Shown here piece after piece: positions 15,101 through 24,956 of a DNA stretch of 64,000 bases (its first letter is position 1; the number at the start of each line of letters is the position of its first letter). A program made the position numbers and the translations under genes. Below the pieces are notes generated by a model. That model did no database searches. It was not told where the DNA came from and saw nothing but the letters and a program-made list of their open reading frames with translations. The DNA is from an uncultured delta proteobacterium (GTDB lineage: Bacteria > Desulfobacterota > Binatia > Binatales > Binataceae), in NCBI GenBank assembly GCA_963808235.1, contig CAWEEQ010000004.1:2144001-2208000 (forward strand). Reading direction: 5' to 3'.

Positions 15101-16033
15101 CACCGGGAAGCGATCGAAATCGAGCAGGCGTCCGGAAAAAAGCTCGCCCAGAATTATTGGCGCGCCGTACGAATCGAACTTGTAGCCGGGATCCCACCTG
15201 CTGTGGTTGACTTCGCCGCCCGCGAGCACCATCGGCACCACGAACCACAGCAGCAGGAGCATCGCCATCCCCGCGATCGACGCCGCGCGCGCGATGCGTT
15301 GCGAGCGGCCCTCGCGCGGGCTTACCAGCGCCCAGACTGCCGTCGATACGAACGCGATGTAGCCGAAAAATATGTGCGAGAGTGCGGTTAGCGCCAGACC
15401 GAGCGCGGCGCTTGCCCGCCGCTTGCCGGAGTCGATCGCATAGGCGACCAGGCCGAGCGCCGGAATCATCACCTCGATCGCAAACAGTTCCGTGTAGAGG
15501 CCTGAGCCGCGCCACACATAGGAGCCGTAGCTAAGTCCGTAGCGTCCGAAGTCCCCGCCCTCGTTCGGCGCCAGGACCAGGATCGAGGCGAGGCCCGCGG
15601 CAAGTGGGTTGAGCCCTAAAAGGCGCGCGCCCAGATAAACGCTCAGGGGGAGTAACACCAACAACACGTAATAGAAGGCGGCGAAACTCGAGGCCGGCGC
15701 GGCGAACGGGCGCGAAACCGCGATCACTCCGCCGGCGACCAGGTGTGGCAGTGGCTGATAAATCCGCCATAGCGGAAACCCCAGTGACCACTGCGAGACC
15801 CACGGATCCATGAACGGCTCGCCATCCACAATGCTGTCGGCAAGCCGCTGCGAGGCACCGATGTGAAACGGCAGATCGTTTACCGGCACGCGCTCGATTC
15901 GCGTCTCGGGGAAAAGCATCACCGCGTTGAAAAGAAGCGCCAGCGCCAGCATCACCAGGCCGGCGATCTCGGGATACGGCCGGCGCGATGTCTCCATAGC
16001 CGCGAGCGCCGGTTCAGATGTGGGACTCGTCAT
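12128..16033 (-). CDS. Large polytopic membrane protein with two tandem PTPS-related/YfhO-like GT-C glycosyltransferase modules
   Basis: Both halves show TM-D-xx-H/Y...W...GxPxxxxxxP loops, many TM helices and a YfhO-like Y(F/Y)PxxxxxVDG...GxHxVxV C-terminal segment. Confidence 0.8.
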   Translation of the reverse strand: MTSPTSEPALAAMETSRRPYPEIAGLVMLALALLFNAVMLFPETRIERVPVNDLPFHIGASQRLADSIVDGEPFMDPWVSQWSLGFPLWRIYQPLPHLVAGGVIAVSRPFAAPASSFAAFYYVLLVLLPLSVYLGARLLGLNPLAAGLASILVLAPNEGGDFGRYGLSYGSYVWRGSGLYTELFAIEVMIPALGLVAYAIDSGKRRASAALGLALTALSHIFFGYIAFVSTAVWALVSPREGRSQRIARAASIAGMAMLLLLWFVVPMVLAGGEVNHSRWDPGYKFDSYGAPIILGELFSGRLLDFDRFPVLSLMVALGTLVAVFNLKDVLARRLLALTAVWLALFFGRETWGHLLVLVGVPSLFHLHRLQGAFELFAMILAAWGLERVLDAAMRAPRFVTLAAGAALGAAILFLTMDRAEFLKINKLSGEATNAAFERERGDLEAAIADIRAILAQRPGRVSAGQALDWGESFKIGDARVYSFLTRYRLDEATNLYHTISMTSDYMVLRDENNPANEDFFAIRAVLAPATQRVPSYFRKRSVHGRFAVYEVSPEGYFGLVDIGASYEAPPSLWYEPISRWLPSWMLRAGEVIAVNSGTFPGVPAIGRWQALPDPNLNFMKPRGTILSESKVDETYHMSVDVQRPCYAFIKITYFPSLVATVDGKRERLIRVLPDFGAIPLTAGHHEVEVSYQPGPLKPFLFLVGILMFVLVARQPALGVYWERGEGWLGEQLALLGERLSTDRAKTAIALGLLILLFTRSLFRGVLVDGHDSLAYPARLTEFARVIADHQFPPLWAPDFSSGHGQPMFEFAPPMVYAAALPFFKCGMGLADSLQFGLIMLFAIGAISVYLIGRKLSFSQVASIGAAAAWLFAPYQALDMYVSVRMAEVSALCVAPLALLGLIAVLERPTILSVVLGAAAIALVPLAHNGVALLMFPIFAAIVVVRAAISRSPFRTAASGFAALAGGVGLSAFFWLPAIFEKDFVKTELLRSGYFDWRIHIISWWQLFWGHWGFGYSVAGPNDGISFSLGLPHIALAIAGVLIGVRALNRTRRLDAIVFAGAALAGALLATDWTSFIWQHVTTLQYLQFPWRTLLVPALFMPLLTLYVFERVGTKPAIALIAILVLANLHHTQPKGYQTFDEEYFSPTLIAKTGYETTSRGEYQPRWMRTLIGYTADGLVTPPPSISARAVSRTSTRHEYSVTASAPATVTDSTNYYPGWTVLIDGHETEVTPAARSGLISFTVPAGQHAVTVELRQTSVRHFAVLLSIGTLIALLLAIAAAYAGGRRRHQGDRLGSPARQ

Positions 16034-16108
16034 GATTCGTGGAAGATTACTCTACCGAAAAATCAGATCAGATTCGCATAGGGGACTTGTCACTTTATCC
16101 AGATGCGC

Positions 16109-16139
16109 CAACGCCGGCCCCGCGATGGGGCCGGCGTTG
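16109..16139 (-). terminator. 13-bp hairpin after the Kelch-domain gene (terminator or mRNA stabiliser)
   Basis: CAACGCCGGCCCC-GCGAT-GGGGCCGGCGTTG, about 30 nt past the stop; no clear U-tract. Confidence 0.55.
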
Positions 16140-16166
16140 CCGGTTAGGTTCGGTTGTGTTGCGCTG

Positions 16167-19100
16167 CTAGGGCAGATCTGCCGACGCAGGACCGTTGACC
16201 GGCAGCACACTGGCATTGCTGCCGGGGCCGACGGTCCAGGTCGGGTTCGGGCTGGCGCTGGGATCGAACAACTCCGAGTAGTCGCTCGGCGCAGCCGCAT
16301 CGCATGCCGACGAATTGCTCGACCCGACTACGAACGAGGTCAAGTGTCCGTTGGCGCACTCGCCGCCCATGACGATGAAGTCGCCACTGTTGGAACCCAC
16401 TCCGACGAAGCCCGCGCCCATACCGCCGCGGTTCTGGTTCATCGACGTAGTGGCGCTGATCGTGCCCTCCGTTCCGCTGCTCGGGTCAAAGATGTCGACC
16501 AGGGCAGTCGTGGTCTGCTTGAGGCTCGAGACTATCGTGCACGTGCAGCCAGCTGCATTCGTAGGGCTGCATGTCGCTCCGAACGTCCCGGCTTCGATAT
16601 CGATGCCGCCGACTATCATTGCTTTGCCCGACAGTGGTCCCGAAGGCCAAAGGACCGTGCCATGACCGGCGCGCCTGAAGCGCATCGTATTGGCTGAGGC
16701 GGTTCCACCCGTCCCGGTGAACAAGCTCCCCGTCGGGTCGGCGTAGGTAAACGAGGTGGTGGGCGTAATGCCGGTTACGATGAAGCCGCCGTTGAATCCC
16801 GCCTTGCTTGCGCCGGCAATTGTAACGCCGCCGCCGACGACCAAGCCGACCGGATTCGCTGCGCTGGTAACTGTTACGGTGTTACCGCTCTCAGATAGAG
16901 ACGTAATCGCACTTGGGGCGTCCGAAACCGTCGTCCAGGTGCCCGTGCCCGGATTGTACAGCTCTGCGGTGCTTTGCGTCGTCGCGACCACGTTGCCGGT
17001 CGGATTGCAAACGATCGACGCCCCATAGACGCCGCCGGTGGCCAGCACCTGTCCGGCCAGGGGACCGCTCACCGACGCGGGATCAAGCGCCGTCAACTGG
17101 AACAACTCACGATTAGCGGTCATGCTGCCGGTCGCCGTGAACATCTGCGTCGAGGGGTCGAAGATGAACGCCTGGGTTGAGGCCGCCGCCAGGAAGGTGA
17201 AGTTGTCACCGCCGGCAACCAGCACTTTGCCTCCGTCGTTGGGGATCAGCGCTGCCTCATGGTCTTCGAGACCGCACTCGACGGTGTTCGCCGCCGCGGT
17301 TCCAAATGCGGTTCCAGCCCCCAATCCGGACGTTGCGTCGGTGTAAGTAAACGTGTTGCCGCTGATGCCGGTCACAATGAAGGTCCCGTTGTATCCGGTC
17401 GGAGTTACCTGCGAAATTGTAACGTTGTCACCCATGATCAGGTTAGGCGTAGGCGACGAGGTAGTGATCGTTACAGTTGTGCTGCTTTCAGACGCAGCCG
17501 TAATCGGTGTGGTAACTCCTCCCGTGCAGATCGAAGGAATTGCGGTGGCGCATACCGTTCCCGCCGGGCATCCCGGAACCGAGTTGGTGGCGGCGAAGCT
17601 GTCGCCCGTCGGGTCATAGATCTCCGCCGAGTTGAGCGCGACCTGCCCCGGGGGCGACCCTGCCGGCGGATTGGTCGCGGTCGAGAGGAACGAGGAACCC
17701 GAAGCGCCACCCAGGATCAGTACCTTGCCGTCCAGTGAGGTCCCCGACCCGGTTATCAAGGTCGCGGTCGGGAAGTTGCGCGCAACGGTCATCAAGCCGC
17801 TGCTGCCCGTGCCGGCTATGGCAAACGTCTTGGTGGCCGGGTTGTACAACTCTGCTGTTTGCAGCGCGTCGCACTGGAAACCGGTAGTCGTGCCATAGGT
17901 CTGCGAGTAGCAGTGCGAACCGCCAATCACCAGTACCTTGCCGTTGGGCAGCACCACATCGACGGAGCTTTCGCGATCGTGATTGAGCTGTCCGGTGGTC
18001 TCGGTCATCAGATTGGTGGTGCCGTCGAAGAACTGCGCGCCATTAGTCGAATTGCCGAAGCTCGCCAGCGAGACCAATCCGCCGAGCAGATTGGCGGCGT
18101 CTCCGCCGGAGATCAGTACGTCACCCGCCTGCGGTCCCGGCGTGCCGGTCGAGGTTGGGGTTGGAGAAGTAGTCGAGGTTGAAGTCGAAGTCGCGGTCGC
18201 AGTGGCGGTGGCGGTCCGTGTCGCCGTCGCGGTGGCAGTGGCAGTCGCGGTCGCGGTGGCCGTAGTGGTTGCGGTGGCGGTGTTAGTAGCCGTCGCAGTC
18301 GGCGTCGCGCTGCCAGTCGAGGTCGCGGTCGCCGTATTAGTCGCAGTCGCGGTGGCCGTCGCGGTCCGTGTCGCGGTCGCGGTGTTAGTCGCGGTCGCGG
18401 TGTTAGTGGCCGTCGCGTCGGCGTCGCGCTGCCAGTCGAGGTCGAAGTCGCGGTCGCCGTATTGGTCGCAGTCGCGGTCGCGGTCCGCGTCGCGGTTGCA
18501 GTGTTGGTAGCCGTTGCAGTTGCGGTCGGGCTGCCACTCGAAGTCGAGGTCGAAGTCGCAGTCGCGGTGTTGGTGGCCGTCGCGGTCGCAGTATTGGTCG
18601 CCGTCGCAGTCTGCGTCGCGGTGGCGGTCGGCGTTGCGCTGCCGGTTGAGGTCGAGGTCGCGGTCGCCGTGTTGGTGGCGGTCGCGGTTGCAGTATTGGT
18701 CGCCGTCGCAGTCTGCGTCGCGGTGGCGGTCGGCGTTGCGCTGCCGGTTGAGGTCGAGGTCGCAGTCGCCGTGTTGGTCGCCGTTGCAGTTGCAGTATTG
18801 GTTGCAGTCGCGGTCTGCGTCGCGGTTCGAGTTGCAGTATTGGTTGCGGTCGCAGTCGACGTTGGAGTTGCAGTCGCCGTATTGGTTGCCGTGGCGGTGT
18901 TGGTCGCCGTGGCGGTGTTGGTCGCGGTGGCAGTTGCAGTCGAGGTCGCGGTCGAGGTTGCAGTCGGAGTCGCAGTCGGGGTCGGGCTGCTCTGAGTCAC
19001 TCCGGTTCCGACCAGCATGATGAACTTTTTTTTCGGAGTCGCATCGGAGGTGATCACCAGGCCCTTCGCGTCTTTGACCTTGCCGGTGGTGGTCGGATCG

Positions 19101-19437
19101 AACCCGACGTGGATTGTGCACGCGTCGCCGGGCGTGAGGGTGCCGACGCAGTCGTTGATTCGACGAAGGGCGGCTTGGCAACCACGCTCGAGATCGTAAT
19201 CGTCTTGCTGGTGGACTTATTGGTGACGTCGACATCCTGGGTTGGACTGTCGGTGCCGACGAAGACACTTCCGAACTGGAGCTTGTTGACGCCGCCGTAG
19301 CTGAGCTTGGCGCTGGCATCGAATAGCTCGGAAGCATCGCTGGATTGCGCCAGTGCCGGTCGCGCGAGCGCGGCGAGCACAAACATCATTGAGAAACTGA
19401 TCGCGACGACTGATCGCGTGAACGACTTGCAACGCAT
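16167..19437 (-). CDS. Large secreted surface protein: signal peptide, ASH/choice-of-anchor-D Ig domain, long Thr-Ala linker, Kelch/galactose-oxidase-like beta-propeller (frameshifts at about 19160 and 18417)
   Basis: AGGAGGA RBS; ATG 19437 MRCKSF...PALAQ; LQFGSVFVGTDS...NDCVGTLTPGDACTIHVGFDP...LVGTG across frames; repeated GKVLVxGG and AELYNP Kelch motifs; three ORF fragments join into one gene. Confidence 0.82.
18150..18990 (-). repeat. Thr-Ala low-complexity coding repeat with a 102-nt (34-aa) higher-order unit
   Basis: TSTSTGSATPTATATQTATATNTATATATNTATA repeated; near-identical DNA blocks start at 18609 and 18711. Confidence 0.9.
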
Positions 19438-19938
19438 CGAACTCCTCCTAAGCCACGAACATCAAACTCTGCCCTGCGCTTGCGATTCGTGCGTTGAATC
19501 GCGTCTGATCGCCCCACCCGTTCTCGATCTACTTAAAGTAGGATCGTCACCGCACGCCCCATCGCATCGCAAGGCCGGATTCAGAACGAGCGAAGTTAGT
19601 CTGTGAGGTGCAAGATTGTCAAACGAAGCTGCTCATTTATGACGACTAAAGAGTGCAATATCGGGCTTCTGGAGGCCTAAATCAGCCCCTTCGAAGTCAG
19701 GAGTTACCAAAATATGCGTCGAGAAAATGTTATTTCACAAAAACTGACGCTATTTTTCCAAATCGTGATGAACGTTTTTCATGCAATGCGATTAGAGTGG
19801 CGCTCCACAGTACGGCATGGATTGTGGTCCAGAGGTGCTCGACAACCGCGTGCGACTTGGACTCGGGCGCACAGCAGACGATGCGCAGAAGGGATATTTC
19901 GGTGTCACGCGGCACGAGTCCGCGGGCGTCGTGAGAAA

Positions 19939-19995
19939 GGAGGTTTGAAAGTCTCCGCTGAAGCCCGAGCCGATTTCAGGGCGGACGCATTTTTT
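19939..19995 (+). promoter_or_regulatory. Possible attenuator in the 5' leader of the 20079 gene
   Basis: Imperfect stem TCCGC/CTGAA...TTCAG/GCGGA followed by T6 (19990-19995); overlapping alternative hairpin GGAGGTTTGAAAGTCTCC. Confidence 0.35.
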
Positions 19996-20078
19996 GAAGC
20001 AGTCGGTTTGGGGAATCGATTCGACCGAGAATTTTGGGGATCAAGGTTTCTAACTCAGTAAATGTTTCGGGAGGATGT

Positions 20079-21819
20079 ATGAAAAGGATACTGCTCAGTT
20101 TAATGTTAGTGGGAGGCCTCATGATGGCAGCCCCCAATGCGCACGCTGTGCTTGCGGCAAGCTGCGGTTTGCTGGCCGGGAATAGCTACGCGATAAGCCT
20201 CAACGGCGCGGAGTACCAGGATGGCACGGCTAATATACCGAATCCGACCCCGGTAGCAGGCACCGGTGTCATCCAGGTTTCGGGTGGCTGCGCTATCAGC
20301 GGCGAGTTGATCTACGACGACAACGACTCACTCACTGGACCGGCGAGCTGTTCGCCGGGCGGACATGGATTGTCGTGGGTTCCTCAAGGTGGGGCCACTA
20401 CCACACAGCCGTTCGCTTTCCCGGAGACCGGATCGGTTCCGTGTTTCAATGGCACCACCGCCCAGTTGAGCGGCACCGTGGCCACCAATTCGGCGAACCA
20501 GGGGACGATGTCTATCACCGATTCCGTCAGCGGACTAACCTTCAACTTCTCGATAGTGCTCGGACCCAAGGCTGGTACGCCGTCTGCAACCACGAGCTTC
20601 GGCGGAAACCAGGTACCGGGAGACGTGGCAGAAACAAACGGGCCGCCACCGACTCCGGCGATTATCGAGATCATTGGCCAGAAGCAGGGAACCGCCTCAA
20701 CCACGGGCATTCAGAACACCACCTACGGCGCATCTCCGTGGAAGGGTGAGAGCTTTGCGGCGGGAACCGGAATCAGCACTGCTGATTCGACCACCGGCCC
20801 GGGCAGCATGTCGGCAACCACCAATGCACTCCTCACCAATGCTGACACTACGGCGGCTGGAACCGCCACTTTCGACGCCAACAACGGTTGGCTGTGGGTG
20901 TTCTCGGCGGCTCTGCCGGGACTCAACTGCCATTTCGACCTTGGAAGGGACAACACCGGTTCGGGACCCTTCGCGGACGGAACGATCAACATATCGGCGG
21001 TTATTCACGAGCCGTTCACTGGTGCATGCGGGTATGCCAACGTCGCTGGAGCGTTCGCGGTTAGCGCGGCGATCTACGGCACAAGCAATACCAGCAATTT
21101 CAATATGTTTACGGGCACCAGCTCGGCGCTCACGACTCCGGGTTTGTACAGCGTACCGAATGGCGCAAGCTCTGGTCCGTCCAATCCGACGACGGCCGGC
21201 ACAATTTCCGCTCCAGTGGGCGCTATACATGTAGCGGCAGCCGGCAACTTCCCGCTGACTTACACCAATACTTCACCCGAGGACTGCATAGTCGTAGCCC
21301 ATCTGATCCCTGCTACCGGCAGCAACTTCGCTTCAGTTTGCGGTCTCGGCCAGGCGCCAGCCGCGACGAACGATCAGCCGCTACTGGAAGTGCCGGTATG
21401 GTGTCCGGCCGATGCGGATAGTTCACAGTGCACAGGCCTTCATACCCCAGCCACATGCTGCAGCGGGGCAGGCACTGGAAATTGCGGTGATACGTTCTGC
21501 ACCGCCCCCGCGACCCCGTTCGCGTGCTGCACTGGGTTGACCACGGGAACCTGTCCGGGTAGCCCTCCGGCAGCGCTGGGCGGCTCCTGCACCACAGCAC
21601 CTGGACAATTTACTTATCTCGACGCGTCCAACGCGGTTGGTACGGTTCCGGCCTACGATGTGAATCCTGGTTATCAGGACAGCCCTGCGGCTATGATCTA
21701 TCTGACCTGCGGCGCAGCGCCCTCGAAGACCGGAAACAAGATCGCGATTACGCTCGCCGAACTGCCCCAAGCTCGGCACGATCGCGTTGCCTAAGAACAT
21801 CCTCGTGGACACTCCGTAG
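20079..21819 (+). CDS. Secreted Gly/Thr/Cys-rich beta protein, unknown function (ORF stops at 21794; a likely indel near 21752 would extend it to 21819)
   Basis: GGAGGA RBS, ATG 20079, signal peptide MKRILLSLMLVGGLMMAAPNAHA; alternative frame SPNCPKLGTIALPKNILVDTP* ends just before a terminator. Confidence 0.82.
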
Positions 21820-21843
21820 TCTTCACGCGGTAACTCAGTAACC

Positions 21844-21873
21844 AGACGGCGGGCTCGCAAGAGCCCGCCGTTT
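21844..21873 (+). terminator. Rho-independent terminator-like hairpin with GCAA tetraloop
   Basis: AGACGGCGGGCTC-GCAA-GAGCCCGCCGTTT. Confidence 0.7.
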
Positions 21874-21906
21874 GCAATTCCAGCGGCGCGCAGCCGAACA
21901 GTGGTT

Positions 21907-22320
21907 ATGAAAAGCTACGTCCGGAAAGAGACGATACGGTTGTACGGCGGTCCGGTGCTCGCGGCGCTCTCGCTTGCCATGCTCGGGATGACGGGATGCG
22001 CGAATCTCCGGCAGCCGGCGCCGGAGGTTGTGCAGGCTACGGTGCTTCCGTCGGTGCTGGTGGTCACGATCTATCATCCCGATACGCGAGTCATGTACGT
22101 GTGGGGCGGAGATCCGCGTCCGACCGCGAAGCTGGCGATGACTTGCCTTCAGATCCAACTGAGCGCAGACCCGAGCGTCGCTCCCACCAGGCAGGTTTGC
22201 CCGGGTACCACGCCCGGCCCGGATTTCAGCAAGATGGCGAGCGAACTCCTTAAGGTGCCGGTTCCCAATGTTCCTGCCAACCCTCCCGGCAGTCCGGCCA
22301 GCGCTCCCGTTAAAAAATAG
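21907..22320 (+). CDS. Putative lipoprotein
   Basis: Basic N-terminus, hydrophobic stretch, lipobox-like MTGC, Pro-rich C-terminus. Confidence 0.6.
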   Translation: MKSYVRKETIRLYGGPVLAALSLAMLGMTGCANLRQPAPEVVQATVLPSVLVVTIYHPDTRVMYVWGGDPRPTAKLAMTCLQIQLSADPSVAPTRQVCPGTTPGPDFSKMASELLKVPVPNVPANPPGSPASAPVKK

Positions 22321-22385
22321 GTAGCGGGATCAGCGAACAGACTTCAGAGCGGCGATGGTGGAACCTTGAACCGCGCGAGGCTGCG

Positions 22386-23922
22386 ATGCTCGCGGGAATC
22401 ATCGTTGCGACGGTCGCGATCTACATGCCGAGCCTGCGCAACGGCTGGGTGTGGGACGATTGGATCGAATTTGTAGATAACCGGCTGATTCATAGTTGGT
22501 CGTTCGTCTGGAAGTCGTTCATCTACGATAGCTGGTGGTTCCAGAGTCCGCGGCATCTTCCGCAAAGCGCCTACTATCGGCCGCTCGAGAACGCATGGTT
22601 CGCGGCGAATGCGGCGATATTCGGGGCGCATCCCGCGGGATGGCATCTGGCGAAAATCGCATTGCACATAGTCGCGGTGGTTCTCAGCTTCCGGGTCGCG
22701 CAATTGCTCAGCGGCCGGGTCGCGGTAGGGTTGCTGAGCCGCGGCGATTTTTGCGGTCATGCCGGCCAACGTCGAAGCGGTGGTGTGGGCGAGTGCGATT
22801 CCAGAGCCTCTGTCGACAGTGTTCGAGTTGGGCGCGCTGCTCTTCCTGATCGGTCGAAAGCCCGGCTGGTCGCGGGGATTGTTCATCTCGGCAATCTTGT
22901 ATGGGTTCGCGACATTGACCCATGAGAGCGCGATCCTGTTTCCGCTGATCGTCGCCGCATACGTATTTCTGTTCCAAGGCGGTAAAGAGACGACAGCGCG
23001 CATCGTCGCGGCGTTGCGCGTCTGTGCGCCGTTCGCGATCGTCACGATCGCTTACATGTGCGCGCGGCTGAATGCGCTCGGGCTCAAGACCCTGTTCGGC
23101 GTTCATTACAACATCACAGACATGATGATCCGTGCCGGCTATGTAGGCAGACCTCATCACAGTCTCGCTGAGATCCTGATGACTCTGCCAGCGGTGATGA
23201 TCACTTATCTTGCCGTGCTGGCGCTTCCGGCGATGGCCGATGCGACTCATGCGATCGAGTGGATCACGCATCCGGAACCGCTCGTATTCATCTCCGCGGG
23301 CGGATTCGCGCTCCTTTCGGCTGCGGCGTTCGTGCTGGCGTGGCGCAGTTCCAATCGGCGCATCTATTTGTTTTGCGCGGCCTGGGGCATTTTCACGATG
23401 GCGCCTGCGCTCAATCTCAACGGTCTATGGTGGCCGGCCGAAGACCGCTTTCTCTACGCACCGTCATTCGGATGGAGTCTCGCGGTCGCGCTTGCCGTCG
23501 TAGAGATCGCCGCCAGCGGTGCGCGAGCACGCAAGTTCGTCGGCGCGGCGACGGCATTGCTGTTGGCGGCATACGCGCTATCGACAATTCAGACCGAGCA
23601 CTATTGGCACGACGACGTAACGTTCTTCCATCGATGCGCGCAAATTGCGCCGCACGATCCTAACATTCACATCTGGCTGGCCGCCGCGATGAAGAAGGCG
23701 GGCGACCCCGACGGAGCTGTGCAAGAGCTCGAGCGTGGGGCGAGTCTGAATCCGGACAACGCACTTATCCACCTCAAGCTGGCGGAGCAGTGTGTGATGA
23801 TGGGAAGAGACCTGGAGTCTCAGCGGGAGTTCAAGAAGTTCCATGAACTTTCCGCGGCAATGATCGAAGCGCGGCACGCCGCATCGAGTTCGAGCGCATC
23901 GCAACCCGCCGCTGCACCTTAA
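22386..23922 (+). CDS. TMTC-like (DUF1736-type) GT-C glycosyltransferase with C-terminal TPR; frameshift near 22740
   Basis: YMPSLRNGWVWDD, YYRPL and GWHL motifs, then FAVMPANVEAVVW, LTHESA, EDRFLYAPS, WHDDVTFF and TPR-like helices, as in TMTC protein O-mannosyltransferases. Confidence 0.82.
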
Positions 23923-23977
23923 GCACGCGATTGATTAGCGGCTGCGCGCGAACTATGTTCATCGCAACTGAAACAAT

Positions 23978-24448
23978 ATGGGTGACGAAGCAGTGACGAC
24001 ATTGGAGACAGGCACCTCGCGAAGGTTGCTCGGGCTGGTGGCGATCGCGGCGCTGGCGTTCTGCGTCGGGCTCGCATCGGCGCAAGTCGCGGTGGCGCGG
24101 GCGCAGAGCGATGGCACCTCCGCAGATGCGTCCGCCGCGCCGTCGGCGGATCAACAGGATCAGAACGCGGCGACCGATCAGCAGGAGACTCAGACAGCAC
24201 CCGACCCTGCCCAGGCGGAGCATGATGCCGCCGAGGCGGCAGACGAGGCGCTAGACAACGCGAACGAAGCCCGCGAGAATCTCGACGAGAACGCGACGCC
24301 GGAACAGATCACCGCGGCCGATCAGGCAGTCGCGCAGGCGCAAGCCGCCAAGGATGCCGCGGACGAGGCAGCGGACAAAGCAGAAGACGCCGCCAACGAG
24401 GACACGGACGCCGACCAGACCGCGGACCAGGCATCACAAGATCAGTGA
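23978..24448 (+). CDS. Secreted acidic Ala/Asp/Gln-rich low-complexity protein
   Basis: Signal peptide followed by a very acidic, helix-prone sequence. Confidence 0.7.
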   Translation: MGDEAVTTLETGTSRRLLGLVAIAALAFCVGLASAQVAVARAQSDGTSADASAAPSADQQDQNAATDQQETQTAPDPAQAEHDAAEAADEALDNANEARENLDENATPEQITAADQAVAQAQAAKDAADEAADKAEDAANEDTDADQTADQASQDQ

Positions 24449-24891
24449 GCTGATTTTTCTCCTTTCCACGATACGTCACATTTCACGTTCACGCGCGCGT
24501 CATCAGATTCGGCTACCGTTTTCACATTTTAGTTCCTCATCTCGCGGTAATCGCTCCGTTTCGGCAGAGGACGCATCCCCAGATCCGAAAATATCCTGGC
24601 AAGCATCGGGAAACGTAAACTTTTGACGCCTGTAGTTTCGGGCTGAAAAAACAGAAATCGTAGGCAACGTGTGGCTTTTATACGCATTGCTTCGAAAACC
24701 GCAGGCGTGAAACCGAGCGTCGAGGCGAGTTTCTGATCCGGTCAAACGTTACCATTAGTGGATTTGATCGGCGTATCACTGGATCATTGTCTCTCAATGA
24801 GCTATTTCTTCGCTTTATTAGGCTCTGAGTGGCGCAATTCGACTGTGGATGCGGTGGGTGCTGTAGATGCTAGCAATGCTCTAGAGTGCAT

Positions 24892-24910
24892 AGGTCACTT
24901 AACGTGACCT
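24892..24910. promoter_or_regulatory. Inverted repeat upstream of the EPS operon, candidate operator
   Basis: AGGTCAC-TTAAC-GTGACCT perfect 7-bp arms, about 46 nt before the GT4 ATG. Confidence 0.4.
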
Positions 24911-24956
24911 GGATCGTCGAGGGGTCAGGATTTACCAAGGTCGTCGATTTTTGAAG

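Noticed and set aside
17983-19020. Plus-strand Val-Ala repeat ORFs that look like membrane proteins
   Set aside because: Antisense of the Thr-Ala linker
19610-19712. GGCCTAAA...GTTACC resembling part of a c-di-GMP-I riboswitch
   Set aside because: The GAAA tetraloop stem and the GCAAA/GACGCAAA core are absent
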